Numbered from the stretch's first letter, positions 1-11,716 are shown. The stretch is 64,000 nt of DNA from Gammaproteobacteria bacterium (GCA_036351295.1 JAZBOT010000110.1:3567-67566), one strand, 5' to 3'. The notes: generated from the sequence alone by a model not told the origin. A program made the numbers and translations.

Positions 1-12
1 ATCCTCCCGCCG

Positions 13-28
13 TGGCACGGTTCTTGCT
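13..28 (+). promoter_or_regulatory. sigma-54 (-24/-12) promoter upstream of fleS
   Basis: TGGCACGGTTCTTGCT matches TGGCAC-N5-TTGC exactly; about 30 nt upstream of the fleS start. Confidence 0.75.
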
Positions 29-57
29 TCTGTTCATGGCAGGTAATGGCCGATTGA

Positions 58-1295
58 GTGCTCATGGACAGAGACAGTGTGCCGGAGAGGGATCTGCAGG
101 CCTTGCGCCGGGCGTTCGAGATCTTCACCGAGGCTTCCGGGCAGCTCGGCAGCTCGTGGCGTGACCTTGAGCTGCAGGTAGCGCGGCTGGAGGAGCAGCT
201 TGCGACCGCCCGCGATGAGCGCCAGCACGAGGCCGAGCGCAACCAGCAGCTGGTTCGCCGGCTGGGCACAGTGCTGGAGACGCTGCCCGGCGGGCTGATC
301 GTCGTGGACGGTGACGGTCGCATCAACGAAGTCAACAGTGTGGCCCGTCAGTTGTTTGGCGAGCCACTGGAGGGCATGGCCTGGTCGGCTGTCAGTGAGC
401 GCGCATTTGCGGGGCGCAGTGACGTTCACGGTGATTTTCTGCTCGCCGACGGCCGCCATTTGAGCCTCGCTCAGCGCACACTCGCCGACGCGGAAGGCGG
501 CACCGCGGGTCGCGTGCTGTTGTTCAACGACATCACGGAGCAGCGCAAAATCGAAAGCCTGCTCGATCGTCACCGACGCCTGGTGTCCATGGGGGAAATG
601 GCCGCCGGGCTGGCCCACCAGGTGCGCACGCCGCTGTCCTCAGCGTTGCTGTATGCATCGAACGCCACCCGCCCGGAGCTTTCGTCCAGCTACCGCGCCG
701 GGCTGCTGGACAAGTCGATTGCCTGTCTGCGCGACCTGGAGCAACTGGTGAGCGACATGCTGAGCTTTGCGCGCGGCGCGAGCTATGTCGATGCGCGGTT
801 CACGCTTGACGATGTGCTGGCTGCGCTGGGGACTTCGGTGGCACCGGTGCTCGGTGAACAGCAGGAGCTGGTGATTACAACCGCGCCGGTTGCGATGGAG
901 CTGCAGGGCAACCGCGAGGCTATTGTCGGTGCGCTCATTAACCTGGTGCGCAACGCTCTGCAGGCTGCCGGCAGCGAGGCGCGCGTAACCGTTAGCGCGT
1001 TCGAGTGCCCGCGCGGCGTGGAGCTGCATGTTGCGGACAACGGTCCCGGCGTGGCGCCTGAACAAGTCGAGAAAATATTCGAACCGTTTGTCAGTTTGCG
1101 CTCCGATGGCACCGGTCTCGGGCTGGCGGTGGTTCGCTCGGTGGCGCGCGCCCACGGTGGTGAAGTGCGCCTCGCCGACAACAGCGCCGCCGGCGCCACG
1201 TTCGTGTTGCAGCTGCCGCTGCGCTCCGCGGCGCAGCCGGCCACCGAGCCGGCTGCTGCGACAGCCCGCCAGACGCTGGAGGAGGGTGCTGCGGC

Positions 1296-1299
<4 letters not shown>
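58..1299 (+). CDS. fleS: Flagellar two-component sensor histidine kinase, FleS/FlrB type (soluble PAS-HisKA-HATPase)
   Basis: 413-aa ORF with no TM segment; H-box MGEMAAGLAHQVRTPL; ATP-lid motifs DNGPGV and GTGLGLAVV; directly precedes a REC-AAA+ sigma-54 regulator and fliE. Start is GTG 58 or ATG 64. Confidence 0.8.
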
Positions 1300-2672
<1,373 letters not shown>

Positions 2673-2720
2673 GCGCACGGTTGATGACAGTTTTTGGCGA
2701 TAGATGGAGCGATACACACG

Positions 2721-3056
2721 ATGAGCAGTCCTGAAATCAATAGCGTGCTGGCGCAGATGCGTTTGCTCTCGCAGGAGATTCAGTCGCCGCCAGGGGTGGC
2801 ATCAGCGAATTCGGCCACGGGGCCGGTCGACGGGTCGGGTTTCGCCGCGGCCATGCAGGAGGCCGTGGAGAAGGTGAATCTGCAGCAGTCCTCTGCCGCC
2901 GCCACACTGCAGCGCTTCGAGACCGGAGTCGACGATACGAGCGTGGCCGAGGTGATGATCGAAATGCAGAAGGCCAGCGTTTCGTTTCAGGCGATGACCG
3001 AAGTGCGCAATCGACTGGTCGAGGCGTATCGCGAAATCATGAGCATGCCGCTGTAG
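2721..3056 (+). CDS. fliE: Flagellar hook-basal body complex protein FliE
   Basis: 111 aa from ATG 2721 (GGAG at 2706-2709; track ORF starts at 2694); FliE-like C-terminus MIEMQKASVSFQAMTEVRNRLVEAYREIM; sits before fliF. Confidence 0.85.
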   Translation: MSSPEINSVLAQMRLLSQEIQSPPGVASANSATGPVDGSGFAAAMQEAVEKVNLQQSSAAATLQRFETGVDDTSVAEVMIEMQKASVSFQAMTEVRNRLVEAYREIMSMPL

Positions 3057-3081
3057 CGGTGTGCTGAACGGGTTGTAAGGC

Positions 3082-4674
3082 ATGGCAGAGCAGGCAGCAG
3101 GCGGCAATTTACTGGTTAACCTGGCCAACGTTCCCGGCGGTCGCCAGATGGCGTTGCTGATCGGACTTTCCATGAGCATCGCGATTGGTGTGACCGCTGC
3201 GTTCTGGATGCGCGAGCCCAGCTACGAATTGCTGTACAGCAATCTGTCCGAGCGCGATACCGGTGCCATTATGGATGCGCTCCGGGCTGACGATGTCCCC
3301 TACCGTCTGGACAACGGCGCGCTGCTGGTGCCATCAAAAGATGTCTACGCCACGCGGCTGCGGATGTCGTCCCAGGGCCTCCCGCGCGGTGCCGGCTTCG
3401 GCCTCGAAATGATCGAGGGGCAAAGTGATTTTTCGACCAGCCAGTTCATGGAAAATGCCCGCTACCATCATGCGCTCGAAACCGAGCTGGCGCGGACCAT
3501 AAGCAACCTGCAGCCGGTGCAAAGTGCGCGGGTCCACCTGGCCCTGCCCAAACCCAGCGTTTTCGTGCGCAAAAGTAACAAGCCGAGCGCCTCCGTGCTG
3601 CTCGACCTGTACCCGGGTCGCAACCTTGAGGAGACTCAGGTGGCTTCCATCGTGCATCTTGTTGCTTCGTCGATTCCCGAGCTTGAATCGTCGCACGTCA
3701 CGGTGGTAGACCAGCGCGGCCGGCTGCTCAACTCACCCGGCAGCTCCGATGCAGCGGCGCTTAGCAGTCGCGAGTTCGAGTACGTGCAGCGGGTGCAGGA
3801 TACTTACGCTGAGCGCATCGTAAACCTGCTGACACCGATGATGGGCCCTGACCGGGTGCGGGCAACTGTCAACGCGGACATCGACTTTACGGTGCGGGAG
3901 GAAACTCGCGAAGTCTATGACCCGGAGGCGACGGTCATCCGCAGCGAGCAGCTCAGTCAGGACACCCAGCGTGATGGCAGCAATGCTGCCGGGGTTTCCA
4001 GGGGTGTCCCGGGCGCGCTGAGCAACCAGCCCCCGGCCGACACAGGCACCGGCACCGGAGAGGACCCCGCGGAGGAGCCGCCGCTGCGGGTGTCGACCCA
4101 AAGCACCCGTAATTTTGAAATTGACCGCTCAATGAGCCACGTCAAGGAGGCGGCGAACAGCATTACCCGCATTTCGGTCGCGGTGCTGGTCGACAACCTC
4201 ACTGAGCTTGATGAAGACGGTGAAGTGACCCGGCGCCAGCTCACCGCGGAAGAGCTCGCCGAAATTACCAGCCTGGTCAAGGGGGCCGTCGGTTTCAACG
4301 AAGCCCGGGGTGACAGCGTCAGTATCACCAATGTCTCGTTCTACGAAAGCCCGGAACTGCCGGAGCCTGAAGGACCCGGTTTCATGGCGCAGCCGCTGGT
4401 GCGCGACATCCTGCGCCAGCTGCCCGCGGCGGCGCTGCTGTTTGTCATTGCTTTTGGCATCGTGCGACCGGTGGTGTTGCTGCTGAGTCGCGGTATGGCG
4501 GGTGGCACCGCAGCGGCGTTGCCCAGTCAGGGTAGCGGCGCCGGTGCGCCGGCAGCGGCGATGCCGGCCACCCTGAGTTTTGATGACAAGGTCAATGTTG
4601 CCAAGCAGCTGGCCAGCAACGATCCCGAGCGCGTCGCCCAGGTGGTGCGTGCCTGGGTTCAGGAAGGCAAGTAG
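3082..4674 (+). CDS. fliF: Flagellar MS-ring protein FliF
   Basis: 530 aa; N-terminal TM MALLIGLSMSIAIGVTAAFWM and C-terminal TM; YELLYSNLSERDTGAIMDAL motif; synteny fliE-fliF-fliG. Confidence 0.95.
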   Translation: MAEQAAGGNLLVNLANVPGGRQMALLIGLSMSIAIGVTAAFWMREPSYELLYSNLSERDTGAIMDALRADDVPYRLDNGALLVPSKDVYATRLRMSSQGLPRGAGFGLEMIEGQSDFSTSQFMENARYHHALETELARTISNLQPVQSARVHLALPKPSVFVRKSNKPSASVLLDLYPGRNLEETQVASIVHLVASSIPELESSHVTVVDQRGRLLNSPGSSDAAALSSREFEYVQRVQDTYAERIVNLLTPMMGPDRVRATVNADIDFTVREETREVYDPEATVIRSEQLSQDTQRDGSNAAGVSRGVPGALSNQPPADTGTGTGEDPAEEPPLRVSTQSTRNFEIDRSMSHVKEAANSITRISVAVLVDNLTELDEDGEVTRRQLTAEELAEITSLVKGAVGFNEARGDSVSITNVSFYESPELPEPEGPGFMAQPLVRDILRQLPAAALLFVIAFGIVRPVVLLLSRGMAGGTAAALPSQGSGAGAPAAAMPATLSFDDKVNVAKQLASNDPERVAQVVRAWVQEGK

Positions 4675-4683
4675 GCGCCCCCG

Positions 4684-5667
4684 ATGAGTGGAGTTGAGCA
4701 AGCCGCAATCTTCCTGATGTCGCTCGGCGAGCGGGAGGCGGCCGAAGTCCTGAAGCACATGTCGGTCGGTGAGGTGCAGCGACTCGGCAAGGCCATGGCG
4801 TCCATGAAGAAGGTGACGCGGGATCAGGCCGACAACGCGTTGAAGCTGTTTACCGACAATGTGATTAGCGATGCACCGCTGGCCGGCGGCTCGCCGCGGT
4901 TCTTGCGGCGCCTGCTGACGTCCTCGCTGGGCGAGGAGCAGGCCGAGAAAATGCTCGATCGGCTGATGGAGGATGGTCAGGCCGGACTCGATTCGCTGCA
5001 GCTAATGGACGCCAAGGAGATCGCCGACGTGATCTACTCTGAGCATCCGCAGGTCGTGGCAATTGTGATGGCGGGGCTTGACCCGGCCAAGTCCGCGCAA
5101 GTGCTCGACCTGATGCCCAAGACGCGCGCCACCGATATCGTCCGACGCATCGCTTTGCTCAACGAAGTGCCGCAAGATTCCATTGAGGAGCTCGACACGC
5201 TGATGCAGCAGAACATCTCGTCAAGCAGCGCTTCGCGCGTTGCGCAGATGGGTGGGGTGCGCTGTGTAGCGGATATCCTGAATGCAGTTGGCAAGCCTAC
5301 CGAGGAGCGCATTTTCGAGCAGCTTAACGAACTGGATGCGGTGCTCAGCCAGGAGATTCAGGACAACATGTTTGTCTTTGAAAGCCTGATCGATGTCGAC
5401 GATCGTGGCATGCAGATGCTCGCGCGTGAAGTCACCACGGATCAGCTGGTGGTGGCTCTCAAAGGCGCTGACGAGAAACTGGCTAACAAGTTTTACAGCA
5501 ATATGTCCAAGCGGGCAGCGGAGATGCTCAAGTCGGACCTCGAGGCCAAGGGTCCGGTGCGGCTGGCCGAAGTTGAAGAAGCGCAGCGCGAGATTGTGAC
5601 GATTGCCCGCAAACTGGCCGATGACGGTACCCTGATACTGGGTAACGAAGCCAATGACTTCGTCTAG
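4684..5667 (+). CDS. fliG: Flagellar motor switch protein FliG
   Basis: 327 aa; GVEQAAIFLMSLGEREAAEVLKHM N-terminus and EVEEAQREIVTIARKLADDG C-terminus typical of FliG. Confidence 0.95.
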   Translation: MSGVEQAAIFLMSLGEREAAEVLKHMSVGEVQRLGKAMASMKKVTRDQADNALKLFTDNVISDAPLAGGSPRFLRRLLTSSLGEEQAEKMLDRLMEDGQAGLDSLQLMDAKEIADVIYSEHPQVVAIVMAGLDPAKSAQVLDLMPKTRATDIVRRIALLNEVPQDSIEELDTLMQQNISSSSASRVAQMGGVRCVADILNAVGKPTEERIFEQLNELDAVLSQEIQDNMFVFESLIDVDDRGMQMLAREVTTDQLVVALKGADEKLANKFYSNMSKRAAEMLKSDLEAKGPVRLAEVEEAQREIVTIARKLADDGTLILGNEANDFV

Positions 5668-6289
5668 CCGGATTATCCGCGAGGCCGAAGTGCCGCCGGA
5701 GATGGCGACCTGGCATGCGCCGCGCGTCGTTGAGAAGGCGCGTGAGCAAACCGCACCCGCGGAGCCTGCGCAGCCCGATCCCGCCATCCTCCGCGAGCAG
5801 GCCTGGCAGGAGGGTTTTGAACAGGGGCGTGCCGAAGGAATCGCTGCCGGCCGCGCCGACCTGGCACAGCATGCGGATCTGCTGCGCCGGGTCCTGGACG
5901 GGCTGGCGCGGCCGGTGCAAACGCTCGACCTGCAGTTTGAGGAAGAGATGCTCGCGCTGGTCACGGCGATTGCGCGCCAGCTCGTGCGCCGTGAGCTCAA
6001 ACTTGACCCGACCCACCTGGTAGCGATCGTGCGCGAAGGCCTCGCCGCTTTGCCGGCCGCCTCGGTCGACATCCAGGTGCGGCTGCATCCTCAGGACGCT
6101 GAGGTTATCGCTGAGTTATTGCAACCCGGGGATGACGGTCGGCGCTGGACGATCGAGCCGGACCCGCTGATGGAACAGGGCGGCTGCCGTGTGGTGACGG
6201 ATACCGCACAGATTGACGGCCGGCTTGATACCCAGCTGGGTCGCGTGGTTGCAGCGATGCTGGAAGACGAGCGTGCTGCCGGCGACTGA
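5654..6289 (+). CDS. fliH: Flagellar assembly protein FliH
   Basis: 211 aa; overlaps fliG end; FEQGRAEG...[16 protein letters not shown] pattern; sits between fliG and fliI. Confidence 0.85.
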   Translation: MTSSSRIIREAEVPPEMATWHAPRVVEKAREQTAPAEPAQPDPAILREQAWQEGFEQGRAEGIAAGRADLAQHADLLRRVLDGLARPVQTLDLQFEEEMLALVTAIARQLVRRELKLDPTHLVAIVREGLAALPAASVDIQVRLHPQDAEVIAELLQPGDDGRRWTIEPDPLMEQGGCRVVTDTAQIDGRLDTQLGRVVAAMLEDERAAGD

Positions 6290-7679
6290 AGCCCAGATTG
6301 CTGATGTCGTTTTGCAGCGTTCAGCCCGCTGGACCGACCGGCTACAGCGGCTGCGGGCTCGCGTCGCTGCCCCTGGAACCATTGTGGAAGGCAAGCTTGC
6401 GCGTGCGACCGGCATGGCCCTCGAAGCGGTCGGTTGCGAAATTGCGGTGGGCGGGCGCTGCCATATTGAGGGCATGGACGGCGAGCGCGTCGAGGCCGAG
6501 GTGGTCGGTTTTGCGGGTGACCGCCTTTACCTGATGCCCACCGGCGAACTCCGCGGCGTCAGCCCGAATGCCCGGGTCATACCGGCGCGATCAGCGGCGC
6601 GGGTCAAGGTGGGGCCGGAACTGCTGGGGCGGGTAATAGACGGCGCCGGCAAGCCGCTGGATGGCCGCGGTCCGCTGCTGTGTGATGACCCTGTGCAGCT
6701 GGAGGGTTCGGCGATCAACCCCCTGTCACGCGAACCCATCAGCGAGCCGCTCGATGTCGGCGTGCGCGCGATCAACGCGCTGCTGACGGCCGGTCGCGGA
6801 CAGCGGCTGGGCCTGTTTGCCGGCAGCGGTATCGGCAAGAGCAGTCTGCTGGCCATGATGACGCGTTATACCCGTGCGGACGTGATCGTGGTGGGGCTCG
6901 TCGGTGAACGGGGTCGTGAGGTGAAGGAGTTCGTCGAAGATAACCTCGGTGATGAAGGCTTGCGACGTTCTGTGGTCGTGGCAACGCCGGCTGATTGTTC
7001 ACCCCTGATGCGTATTCACGGTGCCTGGCTTGCCACCAGCATCGCCGAGTATTTTCGGGATCGCGGCAAGGATGTCCTGCTCCTGATGGATTCGCTGACA
7101 CGCTTTGCCCAGGCCCAGCGCGAGATCGGGCTCGCCATTGGCGAGCCGCCGGCCACCAAGGGCTACCCGCCGTCAGTCTTCGCCCGGCTGCCGCAGCTCG
7201 TCGAGCGCGCCGGCCAGGGGGTGCGGGGGCAGGGCTCGATAACCGCGATCTATACGGTGCTGGCGGAAGGCGACGATGAGCACGATCCGATCGTCGACGC
7301 AGCGCGAGCGATACTGGACGGGCATATCATGCTGTCGCGGGAAATTGCCGAAGCCGGTGTTTATCCACCCATCGATATTGAAGCATCAGTGAGCCGGTCC
7401 ATGCCACGCGTTGCCAACCCGCAGCATCTCGCGTGGGCGCGCAGTTTTCGCGATCTGTATTCTTACTACAACCGCCACCGTGATCTGATCACGGTGGGCG
7501 CCTATCAGTCCGGCTCCGATCCGCGACTGGATGAGGCGATTGCTGTATGGCCCGCCATTCAGGCTTTCCTGAGTCAGCCGATGCATGCTGACGTCAGTCT
7601 GCAGGACAGCATTGCGGGCTTGCAGAAAGTGGTTGAGGCCAGCCAGACCGCGGGCGCGCGACGCAACAGGGCGGGCTGA
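6273..7679 (+). CDS. fliI: Flagellum-specific ATP synthase FliI
   Basis: Walker [11 protein letters not shown], Walker [13 protein letters not shown]. Track ORF begins at 6213 inside fliH; GTG 6273 (468 aa) is my preferred start and is uncertain. Confidence 0.9.
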   Translation: MLPATEAQIADVVLQRSARWTDRLQRLRARVAAPGTIVEGKLARATGMALEAVGCEIAVGGRCHIEGMDGERVEAEVVGFAGDRLYLMPTGELRGVSPNARVIPARSAARVKVGPELLGRVIDGAGKPLDGRGPLLCDDPVQLEGSAINPLSREPISEPLDVGVRAINALLTAGRGQRLGLFAGSGIGKSSLLAMMTRYTRADVIVVGLVGERGREVKEFVEDNLGDEGLRRSVVVATPADCSPLMRIHGAWLATSIAEYFRDRGKDVLLLMDSLTRFAQAQREIGLAIGEPPATKGYPPSVFARLPQLVERAGQGVRGQGSITAIYTVLAEGDDEHDPIVDAARAILDGHIMLSREIAEAGVYPPIDIEASVSRSMPRVANPQHLAWARSFRDLYSYYNRHRDLITVGAYQSGSDPRLDEAIAVWPAIQAFLSQPMHADVSLQDSIAGLQKVVEASQTAGARRNRAG

Positions 7680-7684
7680 AGACC

Positions 7685-8128
7685 ATGGCACGCAAGCAAC
7701 CCTTTGGGTCACTGCAGACGCTGGCGCGGGGACATGAGACACGCTGGCAGCGGAATCTGAGCGCTAAATTAAAAACGCTGCAGGTTGAGGAACAGCGACT
7801 GGATCAGCTCACGCGGTTTGCCGAGGAGTACGGTGCGAACGCTACTGAAGCCCCGAGCAGCCAGAGCATCATGGCGGTGCGCGGACGGCGTCAGTTTGTT
7901 GACCGGCTGCGCGATGCGGTCGGGCAGCAGCGCAAGGCCGTGGCTGTGCAGCAAGCTGCGGCTGATCGCGATCTCGCAAAATGGCAGCAGGCGCGGGCGC
8001 AACGGCTGGCTCTCGATAGGTACGCAGATCGTCAGCTCGACGCGGAAGCCCGCAAGCGCGAGCGCAGCGCTCAGCGGCAGCTGGATGAAGTGGGCAATCG
8101 CACGTTCCTGAGGCGTCGCGACCCGTAG
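7685..8128 (+). CDS. fliJ: Flagellar export chaperone FliJ
   Basis: 147-aa charged coiled-coil protein immediately after fliI. Confidence 0.8.
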   Translation: MARKQPFGSLQTLARGHETRWQRNLSAKLKTLQVEEQRLDQLTRFAEEYGANATEAPSSQSIMAVRGRRQFVDRLRDAVGQQRKAVAVQQAAADRDLAKWQQARAQRLALDRYADRQLDAEARKRERSAQRQLDEVGNRTFLRRRDP

Positions 8129-8147
8129 GCTGACGGCCAGTCTGTGT

Positions 8148-8163
8148 TGGCACGCGACTTGCT
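8148..8163 (+). promoter_or_regulatory. sigma-54 (-24/-12) promoter upstream of fliK
   Basis: TGGCACGCGACTTGCT = TGGCAC-N5-TTGC; 36 nt upstream of the fliK GTG start. Confidence 0.75.
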
Positions 8164-8198
8164 AGGTATAGCAAGGGTTCAGTCGCCGAAGTGGGTTT

Positions 8199-9551
8199 GT
8201 GGCCGAGAATTTGGCAGCACTACAGTTATTCAGCGCCCAGCTGTTGCAGGGCGCTGACCCGGCTGTGCGTGCCCGGCCGCCAATGGCAGCTGGGCCTGCA
8301 AATGATGCTGCGCAAGGATTCCCGGCGCAGCTGCAGGCCCTGCTGACGCTGCCCGGCGCCAGCGAAGGCGGTGGCCTGCAGCGTGCCGTCACGCTGACGG
8401 AGCGCACCGGTTCGCTAACCGCGGATGCGCCGGAGTTTGCCGCGGAATGGCTCGAGCAGCCAGCGACGGGGCCGGCAGACGGCAGCTTGTTGCCACCCAC
8501 CGGCAAAGATTTGCCGCCCGCCGGGCTGCCACAGTGGAGTAGCCCGCGACTAATGCTGACGGCGCAGCCCGGCGCCGGCACGCCGGCTGCCGCCGGAGGC
8601 CCGGCGCCGGAATTGCCCAACACCGGGTCCCCGCTACCCGCGGGTTCGGACCCGCAAGCGGTCGCTAGCCCAGCCTCCGCGACGGCGACCACGGCCCGCA
8701 TGGCTGCAGAGTCTGCTGCATGGGCTGCGGACGCGGATGCCGGCGCTCAGTCGCGGCTCGAATTGCCACCGGCAGTGGCGCGCGGGGCGGCAGGTCCGCC
8801 CGTGGCGGAGACGGCCGCCGCGTTGGTGCCTAACCCGGCTGCCGCGGGTACGGCGGCTCCGGCTATGGCCGGCTCCGGCCCGGCGCGTGAGATGCCCGGC
8901 CGCCAGCGCGCGGCCGCTGCGAGCTGGGCTGCGGCCGCGCCGGATGCCGCGCGCACGGCGGCTGAGCGCCTGGACTCTGTGCGGGTCAGCGCGCTGACCG
9001 AAACGGCCGGCAGTCAGTTCAGCCTGGCGGCGCGCCCGACCGATGGAGCGCTGCCGCTGGCCGGCAGCGCCGACGCAGCCGGCTTGCCGGCCCCGCCGTC
9101 AGCCGCCGCGCAGCTGACGGCAAGCCTGCGCACTCCGGTCGGCGACCGCGATTGGTCGCAGGGCCTCGGGCAGCGTTTGCTGGTGATGGCGGAGCAAGGT
9201 ATCGATGCAGCCCGGCTCCGGCTCAATCCGGCCAGCCTGGGGCCGCTCGATATTCAGATTAGCGTGGAAGATGATCGCGCTCAGGTATTTTTCGGCGCAC
9301 AGCATGCGGCCACTCGGGAAGCCCTTGAAGCGGCCTTGCCGCGCCTGCGCGAGCTGTTCGCGGCGCAGGGCATGGAGCTGGTCCAGGCCGAGGTGAGTGA
9401 CCGGAATCCGGATGCGTCCGCGCAGCAAGGCGGCTCCGGGCCGCTTGGTTCCGACTGGCCCGCACCGGTCAGCACTGCGGTGGCCGGCATCGAGACCGGA
9501 ATCAGTCTGGGCACGGGCCCTACCCGGGGCACCGTCGATATCTACGTGTAG
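8199..9551 (+). CDS. fliK: Flagellar hook-length control protein FliK
   Basis: 450 aa, Ala/Pro-rich; C-terminal hook-length domain LRLNPASLGPLDIQISVEDDRAQVFFGAQHAATREALEAALPRLRELF; GTG start. Confidence 0.85.
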   Translation: MAENLAALQLFSAQLLQGADPAVRARPPMAAGPANDAAQGFPAQLQALLTLPGASEGGGLQRAVTLTERTGSLTADAPEFAAEWLEQPATGPADGSLLPPTGKDLPPAGLPQWSSPRLMLTAQPGAGTPAAAGGPAPELPNTGSPLPAGSDPQAVASPASATATTARMAAESAAWAADADAGAQSRLELPPAVARGAAGPPVAETAAALVPNPAAAGTAAPAMAGSGPAREMPGRQRAAAASWAAAAPDAARTAAERLDSVRVSALTETAGSQFSLAARPTDGALPLAGSADAAGLPAPPSAAAQLTASLRTPVGDRDWSQGLGQRLLVMAEQGIDAARLRLNPASLGPLDIQISVEDDRAQVFFGAQHAATREALEAALPRLRELFAAQGMELVQAEVSDRNPDASAQQGGSGPLGSDWPAPVSTAVAGIETGISLGTGPTRGTVDIYV

Positions 9552-9681
9552 TGCCGGGCGCAGGCCAATAATTTGGCGACGGCCCTTGCGCCCAGCCAAG
9601 CGATTGGCAGCCGCTCGTCGGGCCCCGAATTTAGATATGTAACTAGCTGTTTTAAATAAATAAAAATTGTCTGCCTCAGGT

Positions 9682-9697
9682 TGGCACGAGTCTTGCT
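9682..9697 (+). promoter_or_regulatory. sigma-54 (-24/-12) promoter upstream of fliL
   Basis: TGGCACGAGTCTTGCT = TGGCAC-N5-TTGC; preceded by an AT-rich tract (about 9629-9670); 46 nt upstream of fliL ATG. Confidence 0.75.
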
Positions 9698-9742
9698 ACC
9701 TAGATCTCAGGTACCTCGTAGCGCGTCCCGGAAGCAAACCTT

Positions 9743-10309
9743 ATGGCAGATGAATCGGCAGATGGAAAGGCCGCCAAGGCGGCGAAGTCAGGTGGCATAG
9801 GCGGCAAACTGGTTAACGCCATCGGCATACTCGTGCTGGTTGTGGGTGGCAACCTGCTGGCCAACGTCATTGTCCGCGACTTCCTTCCGCAGCTGGCGCC
9901 TGCCGCTGCAGTCATGGCGGAAGACGGCAAAGGCGGCAAGGCAGCCAAGTCCAAGAAAGAGAAGAAGCAGGGGCCACCGATCTACCTGGCCCTTGACCCC
10001 CCGCTGGTGGCCAGTGTTGATGACGGGCAGGCGATCCGTTTCGTGCAGATTACTGTCGAGGTCATGGGCCGCGAGCAGCAGACCCTGGACGCGGTGGTGG
10101 CGCATACACCGGTCATTCGCAACAACCTTCTGATGCTGCTTGGACGCAAGAGCATTGCCGAGCTCACCAGTAGCGAAGGTAAAGAAGCGTTGCGCGCCGA
10201 AGCGCTCGAAGAGGTTCGCAGCATTCTGGAAAAGATGGGTCCGGCGGACCCGGATCTGCCGCTGGGTGAACTTGAGGACCTTTATTTCACTTCGTTTGTA
10301 GTGCAGTAG
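9743..10309 (+). CDS. fliL: Flagellar basal body-associated protein FliL
   Basis: 188 aa; single N-terminal TM; PIYLALDPPLVASV...FVQITVEV motif; sits before fliM. Confidence 0.85.
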   Translation: MADESADGKAAKAAKSGGIGGKLVNAIGILVLVVGGNLLANVIVRDFLPQLAPAAAVMAEDGKGGKAAKSKKEKKQGPPIYLALDPPLVASVDDGQAIRFVQITVEVMGREQQTLDAVVAHTPVIRNNLLMLLGRKSIAELTSSEGKEALRAEALEEVRSILEKMGPADPDLPLGELEDLYFTSFVVQ

Positions 10310-10365
10310 CCGGCTGCAGTCGCCGGCCGCCCCGAGTCGAAACTCTGTAGAGCGCATAGACAGGC

Positions 10366-11355
10366 ATGGAATCCAACGAAGTACTGACCGGAGAGGAGTC
10401 TGAGGCGCTGCGCGACAGCGGAGCGGCTGACGTCTCTGCCCCGACGCCCGATGCGGGCGGGGTGCGTGCCCTGGATCCGGATCACTGGGATCGTATTTTC
10501 AAGGATCGCGCTCCGGCGCTTGAGTCTATTGCCGAGCGGATGGTCAGCCGCTTCAAACAAACCGGCCGACGGTTCTTTCGCGAGCCTGTGAGCGTCACGG
10601 CCGGGCCGGCGGAACGCGTCCGCTGGGGTGTTTACATGCGCAAGCTGGCGGTGCCGGCCAGTATGCACGAGATAGCAATCGCGCCCCTGGGTCTCAGCGG
10701 CGTGATCTGCCTGGACGCCAACTTCGTATTCTCGCTGGCCGACAAATTTTTCGGCGGTAATGGCCAGGCGGAACGGCCCGTGGAGCTTGCCGAATTTACG
10801 CCGATGGAAGATCGGCTCGTGCGTCGTTTTATCACCGCTCTCGTCGAGGACATGGAGTCTTCCTGGAAGCCGCTGGTGGAACTCAAGTTCACGATGGGGC
10901 GATCCGAAAGCAACCCGCTGTTTCTCTCGATCGCGGCTGACTCCGACACATTGTCGCTGACAACTTTTACCTTCGACTATGCAGGGCGCCAGTTCCAACT
11001 CGATATCGCCCTTCCGGGCGTGTTGATCGAGCCCATGCAGTTTGTCGGCAAGAAAGCTTCCCAGGGCAGCAGTATGAGCAACCGTGGGTGGCACAGCCAG
11101 ATTCGCGAGGACATGCAGGAAGCGCGAGTCACCCTGCGCGCCGTGCTGGCAGAGACCCAGATTAATTTGCGGGATCTGACGACCGGCCGGCCAGGTGATG
11201 TGATTCCTATCGCCGCACCCCGGTCGGTGCGCTTGCTGACCGGCGAGCAGGCGGTCTTTGAAGGGACCTTCGGAATTATTCGCGAGCATCATGCGGTCCA
11301 GGTGACCCGTCAGATCAGCGGCGAGAAAAAATCAGGAGACAAGAAATATGGTTGA
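10366..11355 (+). CDS. fliM: Flagellar motor switch protein FliM
   Basis: 329 aa; N-terminal LTGEESEALR (CheY-P-binding-like) peptide; synteny fliL-fliM-fliN. Confidence 0.9.
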   Translation: MESNEVLTGEESEALRDSGAADVSAPTPDAGGVRALDPDHWDRIFKDRAPALESIAERMVSRFKQTGRRFFREPVSVTAGPAERVRWGVYMRKLAVPASMHEIAIAPLGLSGVICLDANFVFSLADKFFGGNGQAERPVELAEFTPMEDRLVRRFITALVEDMESSWKPLVELKFTMGRSESNPLFLSIAADSDTLSLTTFTFDYAGRQFQLDIALPGVLIEPMQFVGKKASQGSSMSNRGWHSQIREDMQEARVTLRAVLAETQINLRDLTTGRPGDVIPIAAPRSVRLLTGEQAVFEGTFGIIREHHAVQVTRQISGEKKSGDKKYG

Positions 11356-11716
11356 TTCCAACACCACCGAGCCCGGCGCGGCGGGTGCTGCAGGTACCGG
11401 TTTCCAAGCGCCCGATTTTGAGGAAGTCGCGCAGACCCAGGCTGGCAAATCGGCCGGCGCTGAGCCCGACCTCGATGTGATTCTCGATGTGCCGGTGACG
11501 CTGTCGCTTGAAGTCGGCCGCGCCCAGATGAGCGTCGGCGAATTGCTGCGGCTGAGTCACGGCGCCGTGGTCGAGCTCGACCGCAAAGCGGGGGAGCCGC
11601 TGGATGTGCTGGTCAATGGCGCGCTGGTAGCGCGGGGCGAAATTGTGGTGGTCAACGACAAATTTGGTATTCGGCTGACCGAGGTTGTGTCGCAGCGGAA
11701 ACAGCTGCCGGCGTAA
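11348..11716 (+). CDS. fliN: Flagellar motor switch protein FliN
   Basis: 122 aa; SpoA-type C-terminus LDVLVNGALVARGEIVVVNDKFGIRLTEVV; overlaps fliM end. Confidence 0.92.
   Translation: MVDSNTTEPGAAGAAGTGFQAPDFEEVAQTQAGKSAGAEPDLDVILDVPVTLSLEVGRAQMSVGELLRLSHGAVVELDRKAGEPLDVLVNGALVARGEIVVVNDKFGIRLTEVVSQRKQLPA

Noticed and set aside
2673-2720. Searched for a sigma-54 promoter in front of fliE, as in Pseudomonas.
   Set aside because: No GG-N10-GC element with a TGGCAC/TTGC character is present. fliE may be read through from fleSR, or may use a promoter inside the fleR 3' end that I cannot recognise.
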